From: Selaginella moellendorffii
Taxonomy: Eukaryota; Plantae; Lycopodiophyta
DNA: 64,000 nt
Direction: 5' to 3'
Assembly (NCBI RefSeq): GCF_000143415.4
Contig: NW_003314280.1
Coordinates: forward strand, 372,001 to 436,000
Made by a program: the position numbers and the translations under genes. Position 1 is the first letter of the stretch. The number at the start of each line of letters is the position of its first letter. The notes beneath the pieces are model-generated. The model was not told the DNA's origin and searched no databases. It worked only from the letters and a program-made list of their open reading frames with translations. Below, piece after piece: positions 51,252 through 62,906 of this stretch.

Positions 51252-51520
51252 TTATATATCAAGTGGAGTAGTGCAGTCCAAAGAACAAGAGAATCCCAAT
51301 GCATCAAAATCGATAAAGTGTGCTATATTCATTGGAGTTTCTTGCTCTGTTTGTTTAGTAGTACAAAAATCTATATACGTAGCATGAGCTAAATTCTGTC
51401 TCATGCATAGATGACCTCCTCCACACCAAATTATTCCCTTTGGTAACCTCTTGTTCATGGGAAAGGAACTTACTAATCCATCTTGCAAGGAATGACTTCT
51501 TTGCTATCACCAGGACTTTT
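51252..51520 (-). pseudogene. Possible cytochrome P450 C-terminal fragment
   Basis: IIWCGGGHLCMRQNLAHA resembles the heme motif FGxGxHxCxGxxLA, with a PxRW-like remnant upstream. Degenerate. Confidence 0.35.
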
Positions 51521-53684
51521 TTTAATTTTTGGTTCGGGTGAAGCCAGAACCTTAGGTAAGGAACTATAAGAATCTAAGAATCATTAAAATTTTACTTTTT
51601 CTGTGTTTGTGTCCGTCAGTGTATGTTTCTGTCTCTGTATATGTTTGGTTTGGTGTTTTTTTTTTTTTCTTTTTTTTTCTGGTTGGCTGTGGTTGGAGTT
51701 TTGCTTTGTGGAACAGGAAAAAAGAATAAAAAGAATGCTGAAGGAAATCATGTTCTTAGAATTCCGTGGCAGAGTCTGTGAGTCACGCTGCCACACTTCC
51801 CATAAAAATAAAGTAAGCCGTTTGCGACCATGTTCTAATCCGAGCTTGCAACTGCCGTCCGGCTCGTAGTGCAGCTAAAGTCGCAAGGCCTTGAGCACAC
51901 TGACATATGTACAACAGTCCATAAATGAAGTCCACTGCTCCCCATTTGGCACTAAGCAGCATCTGTGTTTCTAGGATAATATTGTCAGATCTGACAACAT
52001 TATCAGCTTGAAAATGCTCAAGGTACACTACTTGGTCTTTTAGACTAGGAAGTTGGCTCAAGGATACAAAACCTAGTCTAACAAAATCACTCAGTAGTCT
52101 TTGCAGGCTCTTTCAGCCATCCACTGCATTCAAGTGGTCGCAAGGACTTAAAGTCAAGTCGTCCTTGGAGAAACAACAGATAAGGCAGTTCCTTCTCCTC
52201 ATTCCCGGCTGCAAATTTGTGCTTTCAGATAAACAACGGATGTTGCTAACATACCCGAAACAAATTCTTGGGCAAAAATCGAAATACAACACCTTGTTAG
52301 AGAGCTGTAATCCAGGGGCACCTCAAACTGGTGATCATGAAGCTGAAGCTAGGGCACTCGATACTCCACTGTTGAACTGTTCATCAAACAGAATTAAGCA
52401 GGAACAAAAGAGAATCAGTTTACTTGTCAAATGGCTGTCATGCACAATGTAGGAGCTCCAGGTGAGGTTGCTGCTCATGAATAGAATTCAGTTAGTACAG
52501 GACGAAACAAAAGCCGCACAGAATCAAAATCTCTCACAACTGCGAAATTTTATACATTTAGTTCATAAGTCTCTGTGTGTTTATGTTTTTATAACTTATG
52601 TTTGTGAATGTTTTGGTTCTGTTGCTGTTTTAATTTATTTTGTTTGAATTGCCCGAACCTAGGCTTAGTTTTTCTTTTTTGATTTATATTTTTTATTGGT
52701 GCTCCCGGATAGAAAAGGGCCTGCGCGTCTGGAGTCTTTGGACTTTAGCTACTTCACCCAAACTCACCCAATAGAATCCACAATCGGAACCTATCTATTC
52801 CGATGTGTATGTGTGTCTGCACAAGCTGTCGAGACGGTGGCGCAAAAATGACACCTGGAAAACCCGAGACCTTCGTTTGGAGCCGAGGCTGGCGAGCATG
52901 CCAATTGCAAGTTGCTGATTTCCAAGTTGTAGCTGTTGCTGGACCATGAGGAAACTCCCCTGAAAAATCCAGAGGTTTCTCGCTCTCCATATTACCCAGC
53001 ATACTAACGCCACAACCGTGAGTCTGGCTATGAGCGGCACTTGCTGCATCTGAAAGTCCCCTGCCAAAAGTTGGACTGATGGAGGCATGTCCCACAGAGC
53101 CGGGATGGCATGCCGCACTTCTTGTGCTCTCGATAGTCGATGAAAAGATGTTGAATTGTTTCGTCAGCCGTCCCGCAGAAAATAGAATCCATGGTATCCG
53201 CAATGCCTGCTTTCTGTCGTCACTCCGTCAGCGGGAGTCCATTAATGAGCAGTTGCCAGTAGAACCAGCGGATTTTAAAGGGCACAGGAAGCTGACCATG
53301 ATTTTCAATCTCAAGCACCTGTTTCAACTTTCAAGCCTTCCACATTCACTTGCTCACTTGCCTTTGGTTGCTTGGTGAGACAGCTCGAGTGCCATCTTCC
53401 GAGCAGCTTCAAACAGCGAATATTGGCCTTCAGATGTGGAAACTATGTACGGTTTTGTGGAAACCTATGTACGGTTCCTGCTCCTGAAGCCATATAGTAA
53501 AAGCCGTACATACGTACGGTTCTCATTACACAATAGATGAAGCTCCTCAGATCTATCTTAATTATAAACTCCCGGGTTAACTACGCAGATGAGACGACTC
53601 AGCTTCAGAAGTCTTCTTCAGTATCCGATACCGATGCTCCAGATGCCAGCGCCGCTTCAGAAAAAAGAACATTAAATCAAACAC

Positions 53685-55563
53685 TTAAATGGCGAGTCTG
53701 AGAAACTTACCAAGCTTCTTTGGCACAAAACTCCGATCATTGTGCCAGTCGTACTTCCTCTTGTGCTTCCGCTCCAGCTGCGATTCCAGAAGTTCGTTGT
53801 CGTGCACTTGCATCAGCAGCTGGTTATCGCTTGCCCCAGCTGGCCACTCCACATCGGTGTGGTTCATGAAGAAAGGATACCTGCACGGAAACGGTTAGAA
53901 GGCCACTTCCACAACGACGGACATACCGGTCGCATCCTTCGATTCCAGCTCTTTCGAAGTCAACAGCCAGGACGTGCGTCAGGCCTTCATCGACAAGCAG
54001 GTTGTCAAGCCTGAGGTCGCCGTGCACGCCACGAAGGGTGGATGCTTGGGCATCCTTCAAGCATTTGCGAGCCAGACTACTGATCTTGTTCCACTTGGCA
54101 GAAGAAACGGGAAAGACGTTAGTTTTCCTTTGAAGGTCGGTGTAGCCTTCCATGTACTCCATGAGCACCATGAGCCAGTCCCCGCTCAGACGCATGGTAT
54201 TGAACAGCTTCGGAGTACAGCCACGAGAGAACCAGTCGGCGTGAACTTGACTCCCGTACCGCTGGCAGAACTTGGCCAGGATCTTGGTAACACCGCTGCG
54301 TTTGATCTGCTCAAAAGGCGTCGGCAGCACATCTCGGCTATGCTGCAGATCCAGCACGTAAAGCTTTCCAAAACTCAGCACCATGACACCGCCACCTGTG
54401 GAATAAAACTCCTGCAATGGATACGGAAGGTCGACCGCTGCCAAGTCCAGCTCTGCCGCCGGGCGCCTCATCACTGCTGCTCGAAGTGACACGAGCTTCA
54501 AGAGCGATTTGCGCAAAGCGACCACCATCCGGCAAAGAGCATCCATCTCCTTATGGTTTGTCCTCCGCACCAAGAGGCCCATCTTCAGCGGCTCGACCAG
54601 AGGACAGGAAGCAAATGCTGCGCCCGAGACTTTCAACAGTGCACCCGTAATCTCCAGCAGGAACACCGGGTACCGCTCACAGCGCACCATAACCTCATCG
54701 CGGTTGTCGCTTAAATCTCTCACGTAGTACCTGACCACGAACACGGAGAAAATATCAGAAAAGAGCAAAGGAAATACATGGAGTGTTAGTACGTACGCGC
54801 CTGCTTCCAGGTAGGCATTTCCCGAAAAGCCTTCTTCATTCTTGACCTGGCATATAGCTAGCAGCTGCCGCTGATACAGGATCGCGATGTCCTTCTTGCC
54901 GACCTCGTCAACCAAAAATTCCAACGGAAGATAGGCTCGCAGCAAAGCGAACAGCATCTTACACCTTTTCGCCTCATCAACGTAGGCCATGGAAGACTTC
55001 AAACACAGCTCGTTGACAAAGGCAGAATCTTTGGCCGTGGGCGTCAGTTCGAGGCTGTCACACAAGTCCAGAAAGTAGGCAAAGACCGGAGAGACGAGCG
55101 CTATCGGCAGACCACGAGCGGTGTCTGGACGGTAGTTTAACAGTGCAGGTGGCTTGGTGTCCGACATCTGCTCCTGAATGGTGAAGGTGATCATTTGGTT
55201 TGCCATATCAGAGGGGCAGCGGCTCATCACCCGATCGTACGCCTCGGACCCAAGGTAGGCAACCCGCGATCCTCGGAGTGTAAAGGCCGCCTCTTTCCTT
55301 CCTGCCAGACACAAGCCGGCATGAAAACATCAGAAAACTACCGAGGGAGAGAGCGTGCCTTCGAGTAGGAGCATCTTTGCCATTCCAGCTGGGACATTCA
55401 GGTCCCTGAGCTCAGCGAGAGTGAAATCCTTGATGTCGTCGAGCCGGTAGATGCATTCATCCTCAAGAGCTTCCACGACCTTCGTGACCTTCTCCTCATC
55501 GAAGTGTCGCACCAACACATTCCAGATTTCGTTACCGCTGCTTCCCATTGCCCCCAATCCCAT
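53685..55563 (-). CDS. SAM-like + restriction-endonuclease-like + protein kinase (Crinkler REase-kinase type) protein, ~569 aa, 4 exons
   Basis: Exons 55563-55359, 55301-54797, 54730-53927 and 53880-53685 splice in frame (57-nt GC-AG, 66-nt and 46-nt GT-AG introns). SAM-like LEDECIYRLDDIKDFTLAELRDLNVPAGMAKML; D..QVKNE; LAKFCQRYG, LMEYM, VHGDLRLDNLLV, VDFERAG, RYPFFMN. Confidence 0.85.
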
Positions 55564-55703
55564 AAACCCTACACCCTAAACCCCATTTATAAAACCCTAG
55601 GGGTTAGTTGTATAATTTCGAGCAGCGTGCAATTCAGGGAGACGTTTTGGTGCCTTCGTGAATCTCAAACATGCATACTGATTGATCGATCCATTGATGC
55701 TGT

Positions 55704-55730
55704 TGAGAGAGAGGGAGAGAGAGAGAGAGT
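55704..55730. repeat. (GA)n microsatellite
   Basis: gagagagagggagagagagagagag. Confidence 0.85.
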
Positions 55731-56559
55731 CTCTGCAGAACTTTCTTAGCTTTGTTGATCTGTATATAATTAATTCCTTACTAAGAAGATGTTTAAAAAA
55801 TTATACATATAATATATTTTAAATGTATATAGTATACATAATATTTCTTAAGAATACATTAGTAAAAGCACAATGGGAATTGCCCCACGCCATTTAATGA
55901 GGGTATAGCATATTCAAGGCACGGAGAATAGTCTAGTCTAGATCATCACTACCTTACCCTTGTAAAATCATATCCAAAAAGCCTTAAAGCTCTTCCTGGT
56001 GATCATGATGTAGAAACTTTGAATAATAGAAGATTTAAAAATTAATTTGCTCTTGCTCCTAAAAGCAATTACTATTTGTTGATTTTAAAAATATGTTACA
56101 ATTCAAGTATCCACAAGTCTTATATAATGTTATAAGGGAAATTTCCCCAAACACTGACCCTATAGTACATGGTCACTCACTTGAGGGATGCTTATTTGAA
56201 ATAATTGCAGTAATTTTGGAAAATGACACAAATGACTGAGCTTTAATCCTTACCCAGCACCAAATCTGCATCAGTATCTCGAGCCGCAATAACTGTATTC
56301 TGCAATTAAAGCAGTCTAAAATAAAGTAATTGATGATTGTATATTATTAAATATGCATTTTGCTACGATACATTTGATCACACTTCACATATAAAAATAT
56401 CATAGTAGCTACAGTTTGTTCTTGTTAGTTCCAATATACACATTTTGGCATGTTGTTGTTGCCCAATAGTCAAAGCCTGTATTGAATAAGCCTTTATTGC
56501 AGCAATCAATGTTGATAGATTTAAACCTCATCAATTTGATTGAGTAGTTTTATAACTGC

Positions 56560-56912
56560 TAAATCATCTCGGTTCTTTAAATATCCATGCATCAAAGCAC
56601 ACCATGTAATAACATGTTTTGAAAGCCATTTTCTTCAGCATTAAGCATGCTTTCGCTTTTGCTATACATATCAATTAAACTGATAGCCACAAGTATATCA
56701 GAAGCAGCTATAGCTTGCTTATGAATTGCTATTCCTTGCTGGAAACATTCTAATTTTTCAGATTCTGTATTTTCACAAGCATAAGAGCTACATGCTTTTA
56801 GAGCTGCAATACATGTTATTCTACTTGGCTTACAAGGCCAGGGCAGCCAAAGTATTCCCATTCTCCATACACCCACATGTCCCATGGAGCGAGCACTAAG
56901 TGCCTGCAACAT
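56560..56912 (-). pseudogene. PPR gene fragment
   Basis: PSRITCIAALKACS...IHKQAI...VAISLIDMYSKSESMLNA are degenerate PLS-PPR motifs. Confidence 0.7.
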
Positions 56913-57586
56913 TGAGAAGAATGATACAAGAATGGTCTAAAATTGGTCCCCTTTGTCACCATCCAGGTTAGTTTGTGTGCTACCAATATATCTTGCCCAG
57001 TTTGCTGAGGATTTCAACAATACCATCAGTGAGGAAACACCATGAACTGGAACATCTAATGTACATTTCTTTACACCATGAATGTTTTTGCAGCCATTAC
57101 ACCTACATCCGACCAGCCTAAAACCAATATGTCAAATCCTCCCCCAACTTCGCCATCCCCACCAACGCTAACCCGCACAGGAGTTGCACCTTGTGACAGT
57201 CCGGAACTCTAAGTCCTGCTTCTGACGCCATAACTGTATTGCAGCGTCTCCACTCGGAGTTCGCAGCTTCTGTCGGATTTGAAGCGTCCGGACAATTGGC
57301 TGATGTTCTGGCCCCGTCTGCATCAGGTGTGGTGCTACCGGTTGATGGCATGGAGTCTCCAGTGTTTGTTTGTCTGGCCGCGATCTACAGGTTGGGGCTC
57401 TGTTTCAGGTCCGAGGGAGCTAATTCGACGATGGCACCATTTTTCAGAGATCTCCGCCGTTCAAGGCATCAACTCATCAAGAGGCTGATCTCACATTCAG
57501 GGCGAGTGGATGGAGACTGATGTTAATTCGTTTCTGTTGAAGAGCTCAGGATGAGAAAAACAAAATCAAGCTGAATTCTGCTTACT

Positions 57587-58140
57587 GTTATTCCCATTCC
57601 AGTGTGGCAGGAGGCTTGGAGGTAATATCATACACCATCTGTTTACTCCTCTAACGGTGTTGCAGATCTTGGAAACCACGTCCTTCAAGAATTTGTGGTT
57701 GAACTCGTAGCTGCGAACACCAAATATGATCTTAAGTATAATTCCAATGGAGTTGGAAGGCTTAAAAATCACCAGTCGGCAGTCATCCCATTTTCGCTGG
57801 TGATGGCTCTCAATACAATAGGATGAGCATGCGTCCTCCTGTCTCCTTGAACACCCACCGATCTGATACAGCAAAGGCTCGCCAAATCTCGTCGTAAAGA
57901 CCCTCTTCTTTGATGCAGTTGATAAATATCTCATCCGCCTGCAACAGACATCATTAGAAGATAAATAACGAGCAGTGCACCAAAATGCTCCAATGCTCAC
58001 CAGCTGCAACGTCTCCAGTGCATTCCCAGTGCAAAGCCAAGTGGGGCTTGCTGCCCCAGGATCCAACGTTCAAATGCAAAGTTCATCTACTCCAAACCAA
58101 CGAAAAGTTGTAGGCAAGGGAGGAAGAACTCCACACTTAC
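57587..58140 (-). pseudogene. GMP synthase C-terminal fragment with retained introns and frameshifts
   Basis: GNALETLQL | [54 protein letters not shown] | FNHKFLKDVVSKICNTVRGVNR..VYDITSKPPATLEWE*, spread over shifted frames. Confidence 0.88.
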
Positions 58141-60241
58141 GAAAGGCTACATGTTAGACTTTCAAACTGGAACCCTCCTTGGGTAAATGAACTTCTTTGC
58201 AAAGGCGCAGGAACTGAAACTAATCCCAGCTACTACTACCAGACAAGGTTGCATTCCAAGTGAACCACCCTCGCTGCATATCTCTCGAGCTTGTGAATGC
58301 CACTTGGATGCCTCATTTGCAGCAAATACTTCCAGGAGAGAGGACCAAACACCCATGTCTACATGCACAGCCTTTGCCTGTCTAGATTGGTTTGTATAAG
58401 GTATTGTCAAATGTTACAAATGAGGTTAGTTTCCAGTTGTGAATTTTCAACATTTGGATTAGAATAATTATTTGCTGTGTGTATGTCATAGGGGTGTGAG
58501 TTTTATTACTACTTCACTGTATAAATTCTTATATGGTCATGATCTAATATTGTTAATAGAGTTGAATTTACTTTCACAATTGCCATGAGTTACTAATGTT
58601 AAGTTTTAGAATTAATATTTAATGAGCATTCTTTCACTAGTCCAAACAAAGTTTGCTCAACATTTAGGCCATATATAAATGGGATAAAAATGGCATTACA
58701 ACTCCCATCATCATCCATCAGTACAAAATGGATGACTAAATGTTAATCTATTTTCCCAATATTATGGTATATGATTTGTTTAAAGGGCTCTTTAGTAGAA
58801 GGGATCATATTAGATGTTACAGTGGATTGCAAGTTTATGAGGTTTGGCATAACATTTAATATGCCAATCCTCTAAACATTGTGCATGTGCAATGGCTAAA
58901 ACACTTTGTATAAAGAGATTAAGAACAATTAACACCACCTGAAAGGATGGAAAATAGTTAAGGTTCTCTGATGGACGGCCAAGATCTAAAAAAACATTAG
59001 GAGGAAGCATTAATGGATCTTAGAGAAGGGGATGATGTGAGATTTAATGTATGGCTACCATGCTGTATATTAATATAAGCATAGTGGGATTTTGATAACT
59101 GTTAAATTAGTTTTAATTTGGACCACTCGCTCCTATATAGAAGATAGATTTTTGGGCTAATTAATATGCACATTTTTGTATTCCTTTTTCATATTCCATG
59201 CATTCACATGTTTAGCATATTTAGTCATAAACCAAGATATATATTAATATAAAATTTCTATTATTACTAAGCAAGTGAGATTAGGGCATATTATCATAAT
59301 AAAAAATCTGATGGTAGTCCAAGCATGTGTCCATAGTCTGGAAAAATTTTACTATTGTCATGTTGTTGTTATTGTTGTTGATGCTGCTTAAAGCAGATTC
59401 CACCCACTTTTGTGGCAAGGTATTTCTTTTTTAAGTTCTAGCTAATGTTCACAAGCAAATGTTGGGCAGTATACCTGGTCTAGAAAGTGATTTCCTTAAC
59501 TCCCAGCTCCTGCTTAGATAATTCCTATTGGACAACATCTACAAGCACACTACTCTAAATTGTAATAAAATTCCTGGATTAACTCTAGCTCCAACAATAA
59601 TTCCAACTCCATCAGCTCCAACATTAGTACTTCCATCTGCTTGAACTCCACCCCTAATTCTAGCACTAGCAAGGCTCCAAGATCAACTCCCAAACTAAAC
59701 TATTGAAGTGATCTTGCATGAGAAAAACAAAATATTATCATTGCAAGCAAAGTGTATACTATTGTTAAACTTTTTATAGTGGTTTTTGTTATTTAGTTTG
59801 CTTAAGAAAATACTGGGGTGGTAGTGAATATATCTAGAATATATTTGATTATTCTAGGATATTTTACCATTTAATATTCTTTTATATTTATAATATATAA
59901 AAGTTTTTATAATTTCCTAGTATATTCTAGTTTATTTTACCATCTTAAATTTCCAATTGATCAATTGGATTAATATATTACTAAATTGCAGTAGCAATTG
60001 CCAATGAAGATTGCCAATGCACTGCCCTTCTAACAGCACAAAGGTTTCCATTTTCTTACCACCAATCTTCCTCGTTCTCTCAGAATTCTTCCACTGTAAG
60101 ATATATATGGCATTAACGAAAGTCAGCAATCTCACAAAATTTAGGGCTACTCTGTGCCTATGGCGTCATTGAGGTGAGTGTTTCTTGCGATCGGTCTATC
60201 GGTTGTAAGATCGAGAATGTGGCAGCTCAAGCAGTGGATCG

Positions 60242-61329
60242 ATGCGCTTGTTCGTGGATTCCTCGGACATTCAAGCTTGGAAGAAATGGCTTCCAACGGG
60301 CGTTTTCTACGGTAATCCATCCATAGTTTTCTTCTATTTGTTTCTTCTTTGGTTTTGAGTCTAGTCTATGTTCTATTCAGGGGTTACAACAAATCCGTTG
60401 CTCCTCAGAGAATCAAATGTAGCATGTCAAACTAAAAGTATCGGCGTTCTTTCGAACCAAGCACTTCGCCTGGTAAGGTGTAAGGTTTTCTTTCTTGCTT
60501 TCTTTTATCAACTGCTATACTACACCGCGTCCTTCCTGATCATCTGTGTGATCGATTTTTTTTCTTTTTTTTCTGGCTTGAGAGATACACATGCAATCCA
60601 GGGGGCAAAAGAGATACACTTGCAAGCCTGGGGAAAATCTTCGGACGCGCTGCTGCGTACTGCCTCAGAGCTCGCCAGCATTGACAGCTCAGTCGTGGTA
60701 AGCCTTCTTTCAACTTTATTCGTTTTTTTTCTTTCTTTCTTTTGTCGTTGCTAGTTGAAGATATTGTCTCCAGGTACAAATCCCTGCAACTTATGAGGGC
60801 TTGAGAGCTGCCAGCAAACTCAAGGATATGGGAGCTCGTATTGCGTTGATTATATATTCTATGCATCAGGTAGCTCGTGAGTTCCAGGCTAAGTTTTGAG
60901 CTACCTTTCCTTTCTTTCTTTTTTTTTGTTCTTCCTTGCTACAAGCAGGCGCTCTTAGCTCTGGGGATCGGTGCAGAATATGTGACTCTGGACGTTGGCA
61001 AGTCTCCCTCTGACGAAGAATCGAAAGCGAAAATGTGCAGCAGCGTTCAGGTACCGGTCCTAATATTATACAAAGATTCTCCAAACTTTTCTTTTCTGCA
61101 GGGCCTGGTACGTCGGGCAAGCGGTACAACCAAGCAGCTCGTGGCCAACGTACTCAGCTTGGACGAGTTGACAACTTGTTTAGTGGCGTCATCGCCAGCA
61201 AATCAAGCTAATTCCTTTGCTTTGACGCCTTCCGCCATAGAGGAGCTGTTTGCGGACAAATTCACCGACGACATGGTAAACGAGTTCGAAGCCGCGGCAT
61301 CAAAGAACAATTTCAGCTTGTTTCTTTGA
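60242..61329 (+). CDS. Transaldolase / fructose-6-phosphate aldolase family protein (~227 aa, 6 exons), probably catalytically degenerate
   Basis: Exons 60242-60311, 60381-60472, 60602-60697, 60774-60869, 60949-61050 and 61102-61329 give MRLFVDSSDIQAWKKWLPTGVFYGVTTNPLLL...GAKEIHLQAWG...VVVQIPATYEGLRAA...FEAAA. An upstream targeting exon is not resolved. Confidence 0.8.
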
Positions 61330-62432
61330 CGGACAGGGTACGTGGTGGATGCCTGTAATTTAGTTTTTTCTTTTCCCTTAGAGCAAGCTTAGAGTATCGT
61401 GATCGCCTTTGCTTTCCGGAATGATGATGTGACCTGCAGGGAAGGGCAAGCTGAGATAAAACTATACACGGGCTTGTCTTCGCATTCACATGCAGGTGGG
61501 GGCATTTTTTCTCGGTTCTCGTGTTCCTCTTTGGTGTATTCTTCCACTTTTTTTAAATTCTGAGCGCTGATTTGATTTGGATGCAGACGAGCGCTGCTCT
61601 TCCTTACTTGCGAAGAAAGCCGCTGCTGGCCATGTTGCATCCACCGCTCAACTTGTACTTAAGCTCCGTAGCTGAGAATCAAAGCTCATGTGGCCAAAGG
61701 GACGATTTTCTTCTCCGGTTTCGTTGTTTTCCTGCTCGTCCCTGGTAACTTTTTATTCTCTGTACCGATCCATGGGGCCTGCTGCGATGCTGGCTGGACT
61801 GGCATTCGACTTTTCCCAGCAGCTTTTGTGAGAAAGTCAAGACGGTTTGTCTTTGTTTAAGCTTTTGATTCTCTTTCACTACTGTTTGTTGCTACTGCTG
61901 ACGACCCCTCCTTTTACCTCGCAGAGTTTTATAAGGATCAAAGTGGGGGGGGGGGAATGCACTCTCGATCATTGCAATGCGGCGCGGGGAAGCGAGAATT
62001 TTGAGACGAAAAGACGAGTCAAGCAAAGGCAAGGCTTTCGTGATACTCTTGTTTAACAATGCCTTGTCTCTCTCGGGTACATCCACTTGAGAAGGAAAGA
62101 AAGAGAGATCATTTGCCGGAATATTTCTGGACCGCCGGAATGCATTGCGATTATTTGCCGGAAGACGTTTCTACCGCCGGAACAGAGATATTCTGTCCAA
62201 TGGCCGAAGCATCATGCATGGCATGGATGGAGGCCTTTATAAGGCTCCACATTCTTGAGAATGTGTGGCTAGCTCGTTTCTTTCCTTCTTGGCTCTTTGT
62301 CCATTGCGAATCTAATCTATTGTCTAGCGAGCGAGCGAGCGAGAAATCTCTCTCGCGCGCCTCACACACATAAGATTTTGAGGCAGGCGTTGGCCTGCTG
62401 GCCGGTGGCGAGCTCGCGATCTTGATTGAGAG

Positions 62433-62435
<3 letters not shown>

Positions 62436-62465
<30 letters not shown>

Positions 62466-62466
62466 C
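62436..62466. repeat. (CT)n microsatellite
   Basis: ctctctct tract. Confidence 0.9.
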
Positions 62467-62906
62467 TCGCATCGCCTCGCCTCGCCGTCCAGCAGGCCAA
62501 TACCTCACTCGAGATCTTGTTGGAATTCGGTGCTAGCTTTTCGCAATTTTTGATCTGTGAGGATTTCTCTGTGCCTCCGACCCCGGATCCGGCAATGGAC
62601 AGTATTGAGCGTGGCTGGAGTGGGATTTTTAAGCTACCTAGATCTGATTCATGACAACATCCTTTGTTTTGATTTTGCAAGGACTGCTGGAGCACCTCTT
62701 CCAGATCGAGGCCCAAATTATCGCTTCGACTGGCGGCGCCGATCCAAATTTTGTAGTCTTTCTATGCCAGATCGATGTTCGTTTCATGTTCCCTTCGGAA
62801 AAATATCAATTTGTGATTGTTCTAGCTCAGGAGTTGAAAAAAGAAATCAAATTTGTTGTCAATCTCCTGGAGAGGAAAAAAAAATTTCCGATTTTGATAG
62901 ATCCAA

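Noticed and set aside
51783-53378. Possible F-box/LRR or other gene remnants
   Set aside because: No motif I could identify with confidence and no consistent exon chain.
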